Source of the DNA: a virus
Taxonomy: Duplodnaviria; Caudoviricetes
Length of the DNA: 52,772 bases
Strand: one strand, 5' to 3'
IMG/VR virus record: IMGVR_UViG_3300048995_000004
Coordinates: 1 to 52,772 of that record
In this document: positions 28,515 to 37,788 of the stretch, one piece after another
Layout: each line of letters opens with the position of its first letter
Position numbering within the stretch: the stretch's first letter is position 1
Program-made: the position numbers and the translations under genes
The notes under the pieces: model-generated
Told to the model about the DNA's origin: nothing
Database searches by the model: none
What the model saw: only the letters and a program-made list of their open reading frames with translations

Positions 28515-28752
28515 AGTCGAACACCACTTCAACTCTGTTCTCACCCGGAACCAGGACGAACTTGGCTTGTACCTGTACAGGTTCTGCGTACGCTGCTTGG
28601 ACCGGGAACCTGTCGCCTTCGAGCAGAACTTGTACGCCCATTCTGAGGAAGTCGTCCTTGATGCCCATGATGTGCACGGCATCAGGAAGCTTCAGCATGA
28701 CACGAACTATGTCTTCGTTCAGGAATAGGACTGCTCGATGTCTCTCTGCCAT
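28504..28752 (-). CDS. Hypothetical protein (82 aa)
   Basis: GAGG SD; MAERHRAVLFL... Confidence 0.65.
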   Translation of the reverse strand: MAERHRAVLFLNEDIVRVMLKLPDAVHIMGIKDDFLRMGVQVLLEGDRFPVQAAYAEPVQVQAKFVLVPGENRVEVVFDYET

Positions 28753-28766
28753 AGGATACCTCGCCC

Positions 28767-28839
28767 TGTGTGGAGTTCTGTAGGCTGTCAGGTGGGTTGT
28801 TAAACAAGCGAACGAAGCTCTTCCAAACTCCACACGCCT
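28767..28839. promoter_or_regulatory. Inverted pair of GTGTGGAGTT boxes with a central GTTTAACA
   Basis: GTGTGGAGTT(28768-28777)/AACTCCACAC(28826-28835); the motif recurs at 37789-37844, 21291 and 949. Confidence 0.6.
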
Positions 28840-29038
28840 AGGTGGACGGGGTCGTGTATTCCTTCTTCTGTGCCTCCTGGCGAGTACGGAGGACGCGAGC
28901 CCGGTAGAGGACTCCGTGGACGGTGGTGTAGGCGCGACCGTACTCCGCTGCGATGGTGCGGATGCTTGCTCCCTTCTTGTACATCGTGACCCACCTCGAC
29001 TTGTCGTTTTCGGTGACCTTCGTCTGCTGGTTCTTCAT
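28838..29038 (-). CDS. Helix-turn-helix DNA-binding protein
   Basis: 'MYKKGASIRTIAAEYGRAYTTVHGVLYRARVLR' HTH; AAGGAGG SD. Confidence 0.85.
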   Translation of the reverse strand: MKNQQTKVTENDKSRWVTMYKKGASIRTIAAEYGRAYTTVHGVLYRARVLRTRQEAQKKEYTTPST

Positions 29039-29055
29039 GTCACCCTCCTTTCGTA

Positions 29056-29088
29056 CCCGGGGCCGCTACTCTGAAGCTGCACCCCGGG
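29056..29088 (-). terminator. Hairpin after the neprosin-like gene
   Basis: CCCGGGG/CCCCGGG stem; no U tract. Confidence 0.4.
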
Positions 29089-29097
29089 CCCTTGGTG

Positions 29098-30471
29098 CTA
29101 GGCCGTACGCTTGATGGCGACGATCTTGAAGCCGTCGAGGGTGCCCCCGAGAGTCAGCTTCGCCTTCACGGCGTTGCCGAAGGACTGCGTGTTGCCGTCA
29201 CAGCCGCTCTGGTCACCACCGCCGTCGTACACCGCGACCGTCTTGCCGGAGCTGCCTGCGTTGTTCCAGACCGCGTTGATCTGGCGCGTGCCCTTGGTCG
29301 CCCACGTCGTGACGCACGTGCCGACGGTCAGGCTCGACCAGGGGAAGTTGATCGCGTTGTTGCAGCCGGTGCTCGCCGCGTTGTCCGGGCAGCTCTCCTG
29401 CCAGAACTGGAACGAGCTGGCTGCCGGTACACCCTCGGCGTTCGGCGAGCAGTGGTCACGCGTGCCGGCGATGTCGACTCCGGTGTTCGGAGCTGCGATC
29501 GAACCCGGACCGCCGAAGCGGAACGAGGTCGTGCTGACGGTCGTCTGCGACCAGAAGGTCGCGTTGGTGACCTTGCCAGCCGTGAGGGCCGACGTGGCCG
29601 GTCCGGTCTGCGAGTAGCCACTGACGATGCCCGAGGGGGCCGTACCGGCGACTGCACCCGAGGCCATGTCGGAGCACATGTCCTGCGTGGTGCCACTCGC
29701 CATCTCGCCGAACAGCTGGTGCGCGTCGGCGTCGGTGAAGCTGTTGGTGCCGCTCGCCCAGGTCGAGTCGTTGATCCAGCCGAGCGCGGTCCCGTTGTAC
29801 GAGACCTCCCAGCGACTGTTGACCGCGTCGTGCGCGATGCCGAACGACTTGTTGGTTCCGACGGCCGACGTGATGTCCGAGCCGGCGTTGACGGGGTTGG
29901 CTCCGTTGTCGATCCAGCCCGCGTTGGAACCGTTGTAGCCCTGGCCGACGTCGTTGATCCAGGAGTAGATGAACGTGTGCGTGTTGGTGTCACCGTTCAC
30001 CGAGGGGTCGACGTTCCAGCCGACCTCGAGGATGTTGCGTCCGGTGCATCCGGTACACGGCGCCGTCAGGGACGTGGCCTGCTCGTAGAGCGTGTGACCG
30101 TCGGTCTGCCCCATGTTGTTGTTGGTGCCGCTGATGGCCAGGTACGGATTGCTGACGCTGACCGTCTCGCTCGCACCGGTCGAGTGGTTGCCGGCCGTGA
30201 AGGTCTGCTTCTGCTCGGAGTAGGCGTAGCACGGTACCGAAGCACACGGCGTCACCGAGTCGGTGTGCACCGCCGGCGCGAAGGGGTCCGGGGGAAGGTG
30301 CACCATCGGCTTGCTGGCCACCGGGACGGACGGCTTGCCCTTGGAAGCGGTCAGTGGGTTCGGGAGGGGCGGAGGAGTGAGCAGCGACACGGCCTGAGCC
30401 GGCGTCCCGCTGATACCCAAGGCGAAGACGGTGACAACCGCTCCGACCCAGGCGAACAACTTCTTGCGCAT
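29098..30471 (-). CDS. Secreted neprosin-like glutamic peptidase with C-terminal I36/beta-gamma-crystallin-like domain
   Basis: Signal peptide MRKKLFAWVGAVVTVFALG..AQA; 'ILEVGWNVDP', 'LGW..W', 'QLFGEMAS', 'SDMASG'; C-terminal 'CVT..INAVWNN..VAVYDG..GCDG'. Confidence 0.72.
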   Translation of the reverse strand: MRKKLFAWVGAVVTVFALGISGTPAQAVSLLTPPPLPNPLTASKGKPSVPVASKPMVHLPPDPFAPAVHTDSVTPCASVPCYAYSEQKQTFTAGNHSTGASETVSVSNPYLAISGTNNNMGQTDGHTLYEQATSLTAPCTGCTGRNILEVGWNVDPSVNGDTNTHTFIYSWINDVGQGYNGSNAGWIDNGANPVNAGSDITSAVGTNKSFGIAHDAVNSRWEVSYNGTALGWINDSTWASGTNSFTDADAHQLFGEMASGTTQDMCSDMASGAVAGTAPSGIVSGYSQTGPATSALTAGKVTNATFWSQTTVSTTSFRFGGPGSIAAPNTGVDIAGTRDHCSPNAEGVPAASSFQFWQESCPDNAASTGCNNAINFPWSSLTVGTCVTTWATKGTRQINAVWNNAGSSGKTVAVYDGGGDQSGCDGNTQSFGNAVKAKLTLGGTLDGFKIVAIKRTA

Positions 30472-30509
30472 GACCTGTTCCTTTCCTTGCCGACCTGCTT
30501 GGTCGGAAG

Positions 30510-30635
30510 CTAGATGATCTTGTCGCAGCTCGAGCCGGGACCGGTGTCCCAGACGACCTCGAGCAGGATGATGAGTCCGATGATGACTGCTGCCCTGACG
30601 TACCAAGGCTTGTTCAGGAGGAAGGCGGAGATCAC
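30510..30635 (-). CDS. Small membrane peptide (41 aa)
   Basis: GTGA coupling to queC; AAVIIGLIILLEVVW TM segment. Confidence 0.5.
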   Translation of the reverse strand: MISAFLLNKPWYVRAAVIIGLIILLEVVWDTGPGSSCDKII

Positions 30636-31492
30636 TTCTTGATGACCTGCTTCCAGTACTCGCGGTCCTCGTAGACCGTGTTGTCGGCGACGGTGGGCAG
30701 CTCGTCCTTCTCCCGCTGGCGGTTGGCCTGGTCGATGGCCTCCAGCCGCTCGACGCACGTGCCGCACTTGCCGCAGTGGTACTCGCCACCCTTGTAGCAG
30801 CTCCAGGTCTCCGCGAACGGGACGTCCAACTGCATAGCCCGGTAGGCGATGTCGGCCTTGGAGAGGTAGGAGTACGGGGCGTAGATGAACTCCATCAACA
30901 TCTGGTTCTCGTCGGCGTCCTTGATGGCACCGAAGCCGAGGTTGCCAGCGACGATCGCCGCGTTGGCCGCGAAGAGGAATCGCGGACGGCAGTCGGGGTA
31001 GACGAAGTGGTCACCGGCGTGGACGCCCGTGCCGAGGGCCACGTAGCCGTTGTTGACGGCGATGCCGGCCGCGATGGACAGCATGATCATGTTCCGGTTG
31101 GGGACCACGGTCAGCTTCATGTTGTCCTCGGCGTAGTGCCCCTCCGGCACCTCGATCTCGTGGACCTCCTTCTCGTTCTTGACGTCATAACCATCGAACG
31201 AGGTGAGGGCCGAGTTGCTGATCAGGTGCGTGAGATGCTGCAGCTCGATGACGTCGTGGCGCAGGTTGAGCTTGTGTGCGGTACGCTCTGCGTACTCGAG
31301 CTCCTTGCTGTGCCGCTGGCCGTAGTTGAACGAGATCAGGTGAGGCGTGTAGCCTCCCTGAACCATGTCGTAGACCAGGGTCGTACTGTCGAGGCCACCA
31401 CTGAAGATGGCAGCGCTGTCGTGGGCAGTGCCTTCGGCACGCCTGGTGTGTTCCTTGCTGCTGTGACTCGAGTCACCGATCACGTCGGTCAT
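30632..31492 (-). CDS. queC: 7-cyano-7-deazaguanine synthase
   Basis: SGGLDS, YGQRH..E, VPNRN, YPDCRP, TWSCY..HCGKCGTCVER. Confidence 0.97.
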   Translation of the reverse strand: MTDVIGDSSHSSKEHTRRAEGTAHDSAAIFSGGLDSTTLVYDMVQGGYTPHLISFNYGQRHSKELEYAERTAHKLNLRHDVIELQHLTHLISNSALTSFDGYDVKNEKEVHEIEVPEGHYAEDNMKLTVVPNRNMIMLSIAAGIAVNNGYVALGTGVHAGDHFVYPDCRPRFLFAANAAIVAGNLGFGAIKDADENQMLMEFIYAPYSYLSKADIAYRAMQLDVPFAETWSCYKGGEYHCGKCGTCVERLEAIDQANRQREKDELPTVADNTVYEDREYWKQVIKK

Positions 31493-33678
31493 TTGGGTCC
31501 TCCTGTGTTGGCGTAGTAACGTTGTGCGCCGGTCTCTGATCTTCGCATCGAGATCAGGTCACGCTGTTGGAGCGTGTCGAACACTTGGCTTGCATCTCTT
31601 GCCGAGAGATGGTACGACTGCATGAGCTGCGACTTGGATACACCTGGGCGCTTCACGATCGCGTTCAGGATTCGTTCCAGTTCACGTTCGTACGTTGTCT
31701 TGCCGATCCCGTTGACTACCTCGATGGCGTACGCCCGCCATTGCTTGCAGTAGCGGATCGCATGCAGGATGTCGATGACCTCGACCGTCACGCCATCTTC
31801 GCCGACCTGCCTAGCCGCTGCAAGAAGTACGGACGCCTTCAAGGTGTTCTTGGCGAGCCTGTCGAACAGAGGCGTCATCAGTTCGGGCTTCTCCGACTCT
31901 GTGCCCGACTTCTGAAGTGTCTGCTCTAACTCGTTGTATCGAAGCCATGCCTCAGGTGTTAGGGATGCATCAGTGAATGCCTCCATCTTCGCTGTCTCGC
32001 CACGTGCCTTGATGTACACCTGGCGCGTCTGCCCATAGTGGTCGATCAGACGTTCCATCTCCGAGATAAGTTCGCCTCGGTTACCGATGACCTGTATCGT
32101 TGGAGGACCGAGAGGCTGGAGCCTTGAGACGTCAGATTCAGCTGTAACGAAGATGAAGCGGGGAATGAAACCTGAAGACACGTGCTCATGAGTAAGAAGT
32201 CCCTGTACGCGGTTTCGGATGCCTCCTGCCAGAATAAGTAGGATAGGATTGCGTACAGTAATCTCCTCCTTTCGCAGGATCTTCTTCTGCATCTTTCCGT
32301 CGTACAGCTTGGTGAGCACCTCCGCCATGCCTGCATAGTAGTCCTTCTTATTCAGCATCTCCAGAAGGCCGCTGAACTCGTCCCGGAGGAAGATTGAAGG
32401 TCGCTTCGGGCGGGTTGAAAGACCCTGCATCAAGCCTTCCACGGAGCCGTCCGTTGCCAGGATCGCATCCTCGTCCACCTCCATCAGAAGATCCGTCGCG
32501 ATGTCCATCGCTGTCGTCTTCCGTGTCAGTGTCGTGTCCCCCAGAATCATGAACCACAGGTTGGGGACTAGCGGGCCAAACGAAGTGGGGAGCGTTACAC
32601 GGCCCGACAGAAGTGCACTGAGGATAGTAAACGCACCCGCCTGATGATACTGAGTAGCCGCATCGCCCAGAGACGAAGCCCATTCGATGTACCTCTCTAC
32701 GAAGCCCTCCTGCTTGATGGCCTCCTTCTCTTCTTCCGGAGTCATCAAGTCTGCGATCGCTGCGCCTGGAAACGATACAGCGTTGATGCGTTCCTGGTAG
32801 TGGACGAATGCCTTGCACACCTCGACCCAGAGGTACGACTGGTCCTTTCCGTCTCGCTTGTACTTGTTACAGGCACTCGCTTCACTGACGACGAAGACCT
32901 CTTCGCGAGTCATCCCCATCTCGAACAGGGACATCTCCAGCTTCCACAGCTTCTCCGACCACTCACCCTCTGGCGTGAGAGTGAAGAGGTCGTACGTCGT
33001 GGGCAGCATGGTCAGCTTGTAACTCTGGAGGATGTCCTCTGGGTCGTCTTGAGGCAACTCCTCCGGCTTGGGCATCGGCGTCTTCAGGAAGGCGCTGTTG
33101 CGAACTTCGGGGTAGCCCTTGAAGTCCTCCAACGTGTACAGTGCGTTGCCTGCACGACGCAAGGCGACCTCAGGGTCCGCACTGTACTTGTGGTTCAACG
33201 TACCTGGTACTCGAAGCAGCTGGGTGAGATCCCAACCACTCCTGTCAGCACCCTCTTCAGCGTGGAAGTAGGCGATCCGCTTCGACAGGTCTTCAGCCTC
33301 GTGGGGAGGCAATGAGTGACCCATCGACCATAGCGCCTGCCACCGTCCTGGAGAGGACTCGACGACGATGTTCGGTGGAACCTTTAGGTTCCGAGGGGGG
33401 CAGGTGTCGAGATCAGACCATACCGTTGGGCATGCCTTGACGTTGTCCTTCCGACGCCTACGTGTTTCGAACAGCTGTGGGCAGTAGTACACGTCGTTCA
33501 AATACATACCGTCATAGCAAAGCTTGGCGGCTCGGTCCACCTCTTCAGGGTAATGAAAGAAGTGTTCCGTCATCTCTCGCTTCTTGCCCTCGCCCTGGGA
33601 CAGGAGTGAGATGCACATGTAGCCGTTGGCCTCTGGACCGTAGGCCAACAGGAAGAACGTCCTGATCTTAGATTCCAT
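31489..33678 (-). CDS. RepB'-type DNA primase fused to a DUF3987-like helicase domain
   Basis: 'WSDLD', 'VESSPGRWQALW', 'LLRVPGTLNHKY'; C-terminal 'RKTT', 'SVEGL', 'RDEF', 'SGFIPRF'. Confidence 0.85.
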   Translation of the reverse strand: MESKIRTFFLLAYGPEANGYMCISLLSQGEGKKREMTEHFFHYPEEVDRAAKLCYDGMYLNDVYYCPQLFETRRRRKDNVKACPTVWSDLDTCPPRNLKVPPNIVVESSPGRWQALWSMGHSLPPHEAEDLSKRIAYFHAEEGADRSGWDLTQLLRVPGTLNHKYSADPEVALRRAGNALYTLEDFKGYPEVRNSAFLKTPMPKPEELPQDDPEDILQSYKLTMLPTTYDLFTLTPEGEWSEKLWKLEMSLFEMGMTREEVFVVSEASACNKYKRDGKDQSYLWVEVCKAFVHYQERINAVSFPGAAIADLMTPEEEKEAIKQEGFVERYIEWASSLGDAATQYHQAGAFTILSALLSGRVTLPTSFGPLVPNLWFMILGDTTLTRKTTAMDIATDLLMEVDEDAILATDGSVEGLMQGLSTRPKRPSIFLRDEFSGLLEMLNKKDYYAGMAEVLTKLYDGKMQKKILRKEEITVRNPILLILAGGIRNRVQGLLTHEHVSSGFIPRFIFVTAESDVSRLQPLGPPTIQVIGNRGELISEMERLIDHYGQTRQVYIKARGETAKMEAFTDASLTPEAWLRYNELEQTLQKSGTESEKPELMTPLFDRLAKNTLKASVLLAAARQVGEDGVTVEVIDILHAIRYCKQWRAYAIEVVNGIGKTTYERELERILNAIVKRPGVSKSQLMQSYHLSARDASQVFDTLQQRDLISMRRSETGAQRYYANTGGPK

Positions 33679-33703
33679 AAACTGCCCTGTTAAGTTAGGG
33701 AGG

Positions 33704-33734
33704 GGCCCCCATCAGAGGTGCGCTGACAGGGGCC
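33704..33734 (-). terminator. Hairpin after the SSB gene
   Basis: GGCCCC..TCAG/CTGA..GGGGCC stem. Confidence 0.5.
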
Positions 33735-33747
33735 ACTCGCAGGTGGA

Positions 33748-34266
33748 TCAGGAGGGCAGCAGCGACGAGCCCTTCGAAGTGGCGGCACCGCCGGCGATCT
33801 TGCCGAGCACGTCGGCGTCCGGGGCCTTGAAGCCCTTGACGTCGTTGCGGGGCTCGTACGTCTTCTTCTCGCCGTTGACGTCCACGGTCCGCTCGCCGGT
33901 GATGGCGACCTTGATGGCCACCGTCTTGCCGAGCAGTTCCTCGGGCTCCGGGATCTCGAGCGAGCCCTCGCCCTCGGGCACCACGCCGCCGACCGCGCCG
34001 ACGAGCTGGACGGCCGAGTAGAGAGCGCCGGAGAAGAGCATCACGTTCGTCCAGACCTTGCGGCCCTCGTGCTTCTCCGGCGACTCGATGGTGAGCTCCA
34101 TCTTGTAGAAGGGCTCACCTCGGTTGTCCTTCTTGCCCGGCTTAGGGGCGCTCTTCACCTCGGCCATCTCGACGTCGGTGATGTTGGCGATGTACCAGCC
34201 CGAGGGGATCGGCTCGAGGACCTTGCTGCTGGCCTCTTCCTGGGTGACATTGACCTTGAGTGCCAT
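33748..34266 (-). CDS. Single-stranded DNA-binding protein (DUF669-like)
   Basis: 'PIPSGWY.A.I', 'EGRKVW', 'ELLGK', 'RNDVK'; downstream of a Sak4-like ATPase. Confidence 0.75.
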   Translation of the reverse strand: MALKVNVTQEEASSKVLEPIPSGWYIANITDVEMAEVKSAPKPGKKDNRGEPFYKMELTIESPEKHEGRKVWTNVMLFSGALYSAVQLVGAVGGVVPEGEGSLEIPEPEELLGKTVAIKVAITGERTVDVNGEKKTYEPRNDVKGFKAPDADVLGKIAGGAATSKGSSLLPS

Positions 34267-34269
34267 TTG

Positions 34270-35031
34270 TCAGAGTTCCTTTTGGTAGTAGTTACGGATC
34301 GTTTCCATCGTTACGGTTTCTTCTGCCCCGAGGATCTGCGGCATCGTGGCGCCTCGCACCTTGGCGACCGCGGTGTCCGTCTGTCCAGTCAGCAACAGAC
34401 GTCGCTGCTGACCATCGACCTCCTGGTTGTACAGGAAGAAGACGATGTCGGGAATCCCTGGGACCTTCATCTGCATCTTGCCGTTGAGCATCGGCATCCA
34501 CTTGAACTTGCCAGTCTTCAGCTGGACGCGCTCGGCGTGTGCGATGAAGATCACATTCATCGGCAGGTCACGGTACAGACGGATCAGGCGAAGCATCCGT
34601 ACCTGCAGCTTGCCCCACTCGCGGATCGAAGGGATGTCCTCGTCGCGAGCGTCGTTCTCCGGGTCGGCCTTCATCTCGACCATGACCTGGTCCTTGCAGA
34701 TCTCCAGGATCTCCGACAGCGAGTCCAGGACGACTGTGTTGTAGCGGTGACCTCCGGCCGACAAGGCACGGTAGACGTTGATGAGGTCTTCCCACCGACG
34801 TGCCGGTAGGATCTCGACGTCAGGCCACTCGCGCAAGGTCTTCTTGCCGGCCTCGCAGTCGACGTAGGCGACGTTACGCATCTCGGGTACCTTCGAAGAT
34901 GAACCCGCGAGCCACGTCTTACCGACGCCTGCCTCACCGTAGATGAGCATGTTCAGCTTACCAACCTCGTTGATATCCGGCTTCTCGATCTTGAGGCCGG
35001 CGAAGTTGGTAGGAGTCAGGATCTCGCTCAT
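34270..35031 (-). CDS. Sak4-like AAA ATPase/recombinase
   Basis: YGEAGVGKT, 'VVLDSL', 'VIFIAH'; GGAGG SD before ATG 35031. Confidence 0.85.
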   Translation of the reverse strand: MSEILTPTNFAGLKIEKPDINEVGKLNMLIYGEAGVGKTWLAGSSSKVPEMRNVAYVDCEAGKKTLREWPDVEILPARRWEDLINVYRALSAGGHRYNTVVLDSLSEILEICKDQVMVEMKADPENDARDEDIPSIREWGKLQVRMLRLIRLYRDLPMNVIFIAHAERVQLKTGKFKWMPMLNGKMQMKVPGIPDIVFFLYNQEVDGQQRRLLLTGQTDTAVAKVRGATMPQILGAEETVTMETIRNYYQKEL

Positions 35032-35288
35032 GCCCAGATACCTCCGGTGAGAAAGTGAATGCCGAGCCAGAGCATGAAGCCGCCGAGGATGACTCTGCGG
35101 AGTCGAGTCCACCCACTGACAGGCTTCTTCAACTCGCCCTGCTGCGTTCCGAACCATACCCAGACGTGTTCGCTGAGCGTGTCGCCTGGCTTGCTCCTGA
35201 AGAGTGCGACACCTTCCAGGATGAGGAAGTAGGCGATCCAGATGAACCACCCGATCGTCCATACAGACGTGTAGTCAATCTTGATCAC
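35028..35288 (-). CDS. Two-TM membrane protein
   Basis: 'GDTLSEHVW' flanked by hydrophobic segments; coupled at both ends. Confidence 0.7.
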   Translation of the reverse strand: MIKIDYTSVWTIGWFIWIAYFLILEGVALFRSKPGDTLSEHVWVWFGTQQGELKKPVSGWTRLRRVILGGFMLWLGIHFLTGGIWA

Positions 35289-36547
35289 GCCGGTTCCATC
35301 CTCTTGTCGGTGGTAGGCGCTGCGTCCTCCCAGTAGTGACGATCGAGCTTGTCGAACATCGTGGCTAGGGTGTACTCGTAGTCCTCTCCACGCTCCTTGC
35401 CGACGCAGGCGTCGAAGAAGGCACAGCCGGAGAAGGTCGACATACCCTTGCAGTGGAAGCGGCCAGGCGCCGGATAGATGTTGAGGTCCGGGTTGGTCAT
35501 CTCCTTCGCTTCCATCCAGATGTTGATGCCTGCGTTCCTGCACTGCTCGTTGTTCCGCATGACCATGTGCCGCATGTTGTACTGCGGTGCGTTCTCCTGC
35601 AGGTAATCCAGGAAGTCGGTGTACTGCCCGTTGTAGAAGGCTCCGGGATCGTTCTCCTCGACCGTCGCCTTGTAGAGCTCGTACGTGGTGTTCAGGTTCT
35701 TGGACACGGAGAACTTCCGACCGAGGCGGGTCACCTTCAGCGGCTCAGGCTCCTCGGGGACGGCCTTCTTGATCTCCGCATAGATGAATCCCACCACTGG
35801 TATACCGATGAGGCGAAGGGCCCAAACGTAGGCCGTGATCTGGTCATCGAGCTCCAGGTACTCATCGTTGGTCTCAACGCCGGAGAGTCGCATCGCGGTC
35901 TTCCAGTCACCGATCCAGAGCTGGCCGAGTTCGTCCTCCCAAAGGATGTCTAGTCGACCACCGTAGGTGACCGGCAGACCCTTCCATGGGCCACGTTGTT
36001 TGAAGTCGTGCAGGTCGGGTACGTCATGCTTCTGCCAGCGACGCCAGCACCAGTCGCACTTGCACCAGAGGTCCTGCTCGCCGGTGTACGGGTTGACGAT
36101 GGGGACCTCGAACTTGATCTCCACCTTCAAGGGCTTCATGCCCTTGTCCTCGATCGGGGCGACGCGGGTGAAGTAGTGCTTCAGCATCCCCTCACCCAGC
36201 TGTACGCGATCCTTGTAGTCGAGGTCCATTACCTCGTCGATGCCACCGTTCAGACGGATGTACTTCTCTCGCTGACTACGGGTGACCTTCCGGAACTCGG
36301 CAAGGGCCACAGCAAATGACGCGGATGGGTCTGGGTTGTGAAAGAGACCGAGGTAACTCTCGTAGTACTTCTCCATCGCTGCATGGAACGCGACACCAAA
36401 CTCGAGCGGACGTGGAGTGACTCTGGGGTAGAAGAACTGGCGAGAGATCCAGTCCCAACGTCGTCGGCATCCACGGAAGCTCCTCCGCTCGCTCGTGTGT
36501 ACAGAGTGGGTCAGACCAGCCGTGATGTAATCGTTTACGGTTTCCAT
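35285..36547 (-). CDS. PD-(D/E)XK exonuclease (RecB/Cas4-like)
   Basis: 'CRRRW', 'FGVAFH', 'E..F', 'GRLD..IGDWKT', 'Q..AY', C-terminal Cys cluster. Confidence 0.88.
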   Translation of the reverse strand: METVNDYITAGLTHSVHTSERRSFRGCRRRWDWISRQFFYPRVTPRPLEFGVAFHAAMEKYYESYLGLFHNPDPSASFAVALAEFRKVTRSQREKYIRLNGGIDEVMDLDYKDRVQLGEGMLKHYFTRVAPIEDKGMKPLKVEIKFEVPIVNPYTGEQDLWCKCDWCWRRWQKHDVPDLHDFKQRGPWKGLPVTYGGRLDILWEDELGQLWIGDWKTAMRLSGVETNDEYLELDDQITAYVWALRLIGIPVVGFIYAEIKKAVPEEPEPLKVTRLGRKFSVSKNLNTTYELYKATVEENDPGAFYNGQYTDFLDYLQENAPQYNMRHMVMRNNEQCRNAGINIWMEAKEMTNPDLNIYPAPGRFHCKGMSTFSGCAFFDACVGKERGEDYEYTLATMFDKLDRHYWEDAAPTTDKRMEPA

Positions 36548-36582
36548 TGGCAGCTCGTCTCGTGTTGTTCTTTGTTCCTCTA

Positions 36583-36611
36583 AGTATATAGAGCCCTCAA
36601 TGGGAAATCAA
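36583..36611 (-). promoter_or_regulatory. sigma70-type promoter for replication/modification genes
   Basis: TTGATT-N17-TATACT on the - strand. Confidence 0.7.
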
Positions 36612-36629
36612 GGCCGGCAGATGATGTTT

Positions 36630-36899
36630 TTACTGCCAGTACTCCTGATGTAGATCCTCCAGTTCCTCTTCCTTCTCGACCTGGTAGTCGCGCTCGTACA
36701 GGGCCTTACAGTTGCAGTCTTCGATGTCTCTACCTTGGTAGGCGCACTTAGGGTGGTGGACAAGGTCTGGTCGGTCGCAGGCCTTGTCGTCCGAGATGGG
36801 CCTCTTGGAGTATTCCTCTACCTGTTGGTCGTAGTCATCCAGGTACTCGTACGGATCGGTAGCACCGTAACCATAGTCCTCATCGAATTCGTACATCAT
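36630..36899 (-). CDS. Acidic hypothetical protein
   Basis: 89 aa, ATGA-coupled. Confidence 0.65.
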   Translation of the reverse strand: MMYEFDEDYGYGATDPYEYLDDYDQQVEEYSKRPISDDKACDRPDLVHHPKCAYQGRDIEDCNCKALYERDYQVEKEEELEDLHQEYWQ

Positions 36900-37075
36900 G
36901 GCAAGGCCGTGAAGCGCTTGTCGAAGTTATGAAGGCTGACGAACTCCAGCTTGGTCTGACCGTTGCGTGTCGTACGTACGTAGACCCAGCCAGGCCATGC
37001 CTCTCGCTCTCCGACGACCTCGAACACCTTGCCGTCACGGTTGCGTTCGTACCTCTCACCCCTCTTTAGATCCAC
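36896..37075 (-). CDS. Hypothetical protein (59 aa)
   Basis: AGGAG SD before GTG; VDLKRGERYER... Confidence 0.55.
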   Translation of the reverse strand: MDLKRGERYERNRDGKVFEVVGEREAWPGWVYVRTTRNGQTKLEFVSLHNFDKRFTALP

Positions 37076-37475
37076 TGATCTGACTCCTGTCTGCCTTGAA
37101 GCCCAAGTAGTACTGACGGGTCTTCGGAGTCTCGCCGGGCACGAGCAGGTTCTTCGGGTGCTGGACCTGGAAGCCATGAGGCTTGTTGCACTTCGGACAC
37201 AGCGTCCAGCCGTAGTTGGCCGACATCACCAGGCCGCAGTTCAGGCCTGCCATGGGCTCCTTGCGGTTGGGACGCTCGTACGACTTGTGGCACTCGCACA
37301 GCTTGGTCGGGTCGGCATACATCGCCGTCGGCTCTGCAGTCAGTGATACATACCTGATGTCGTTTTCAGTGTCAGGCACCTTACTCGAGAAGATGATGTC
37401 GCCATGCTTCAAGGCGTGCACGAAGTCGTTGGCGTGGTCGTTGTCCTCGATGCGTAGTAGAACGAACCTAGCCAC
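37056..37475 (-). CDS. Hypothetical protein with Cys motifs
   Basis: 139 aa; CEC and CPKC. Confidence 0.7.
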   Translation of the reverse strand: MARFVLLRIEDNDHANDFVHALKHGDIIFSSKVPDTENDIRYVSLTAEPTAMYADPTKLCECHKSYERPNRKEPMAGLNCGLVMSANYGWTLCPKCNKPHGFQVQHPKNLLVPGETPKTRQYYLGFKADRSQISGSKEG

Positions 37476-37764
37476 GGCGTGCCACCTCTTCCATCAGTGC
37501 CTTGAGCAGGTTGTTGTTGACGTACGCCAGCTCCATCTGAGCCATGTTGCTGAACATGATGGACTGCTGCATGTGCCACTGGTTGTTGGAGATGAGCATC
37601 TTACAGTCGACGGAGCTCATCCAGCGTTGCACTTCGATCAGCGGGGTGGTACCTCGCTGCTGTGCCATCTGACGTGCTTCACGTTGACCTTGGTAGATGT
37701 CCTCTCTTGCTGAGATGGCCTCTCGCATGTGATGACGAGCTGCCTTCATGTGCTCTGCGTACAT
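37468..37764 (-). CDS. Hypothetical protein
   Basis: AAAGGAGG SD; MYAEHMKAA... Confidence 0.7.
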   Translation of the reverse strand: MYAEHMKAARHHMREAISAREDIYQGQREARQMAQQRGTTPLIEVQRWMSSVDCKMLISNNQWHMQQSIMFSNMAQMELAYVNNNLLKALMEEVARRG

Positions 37765-37788
37765 TGTTAAACCTCCTTTCGTACGTCC

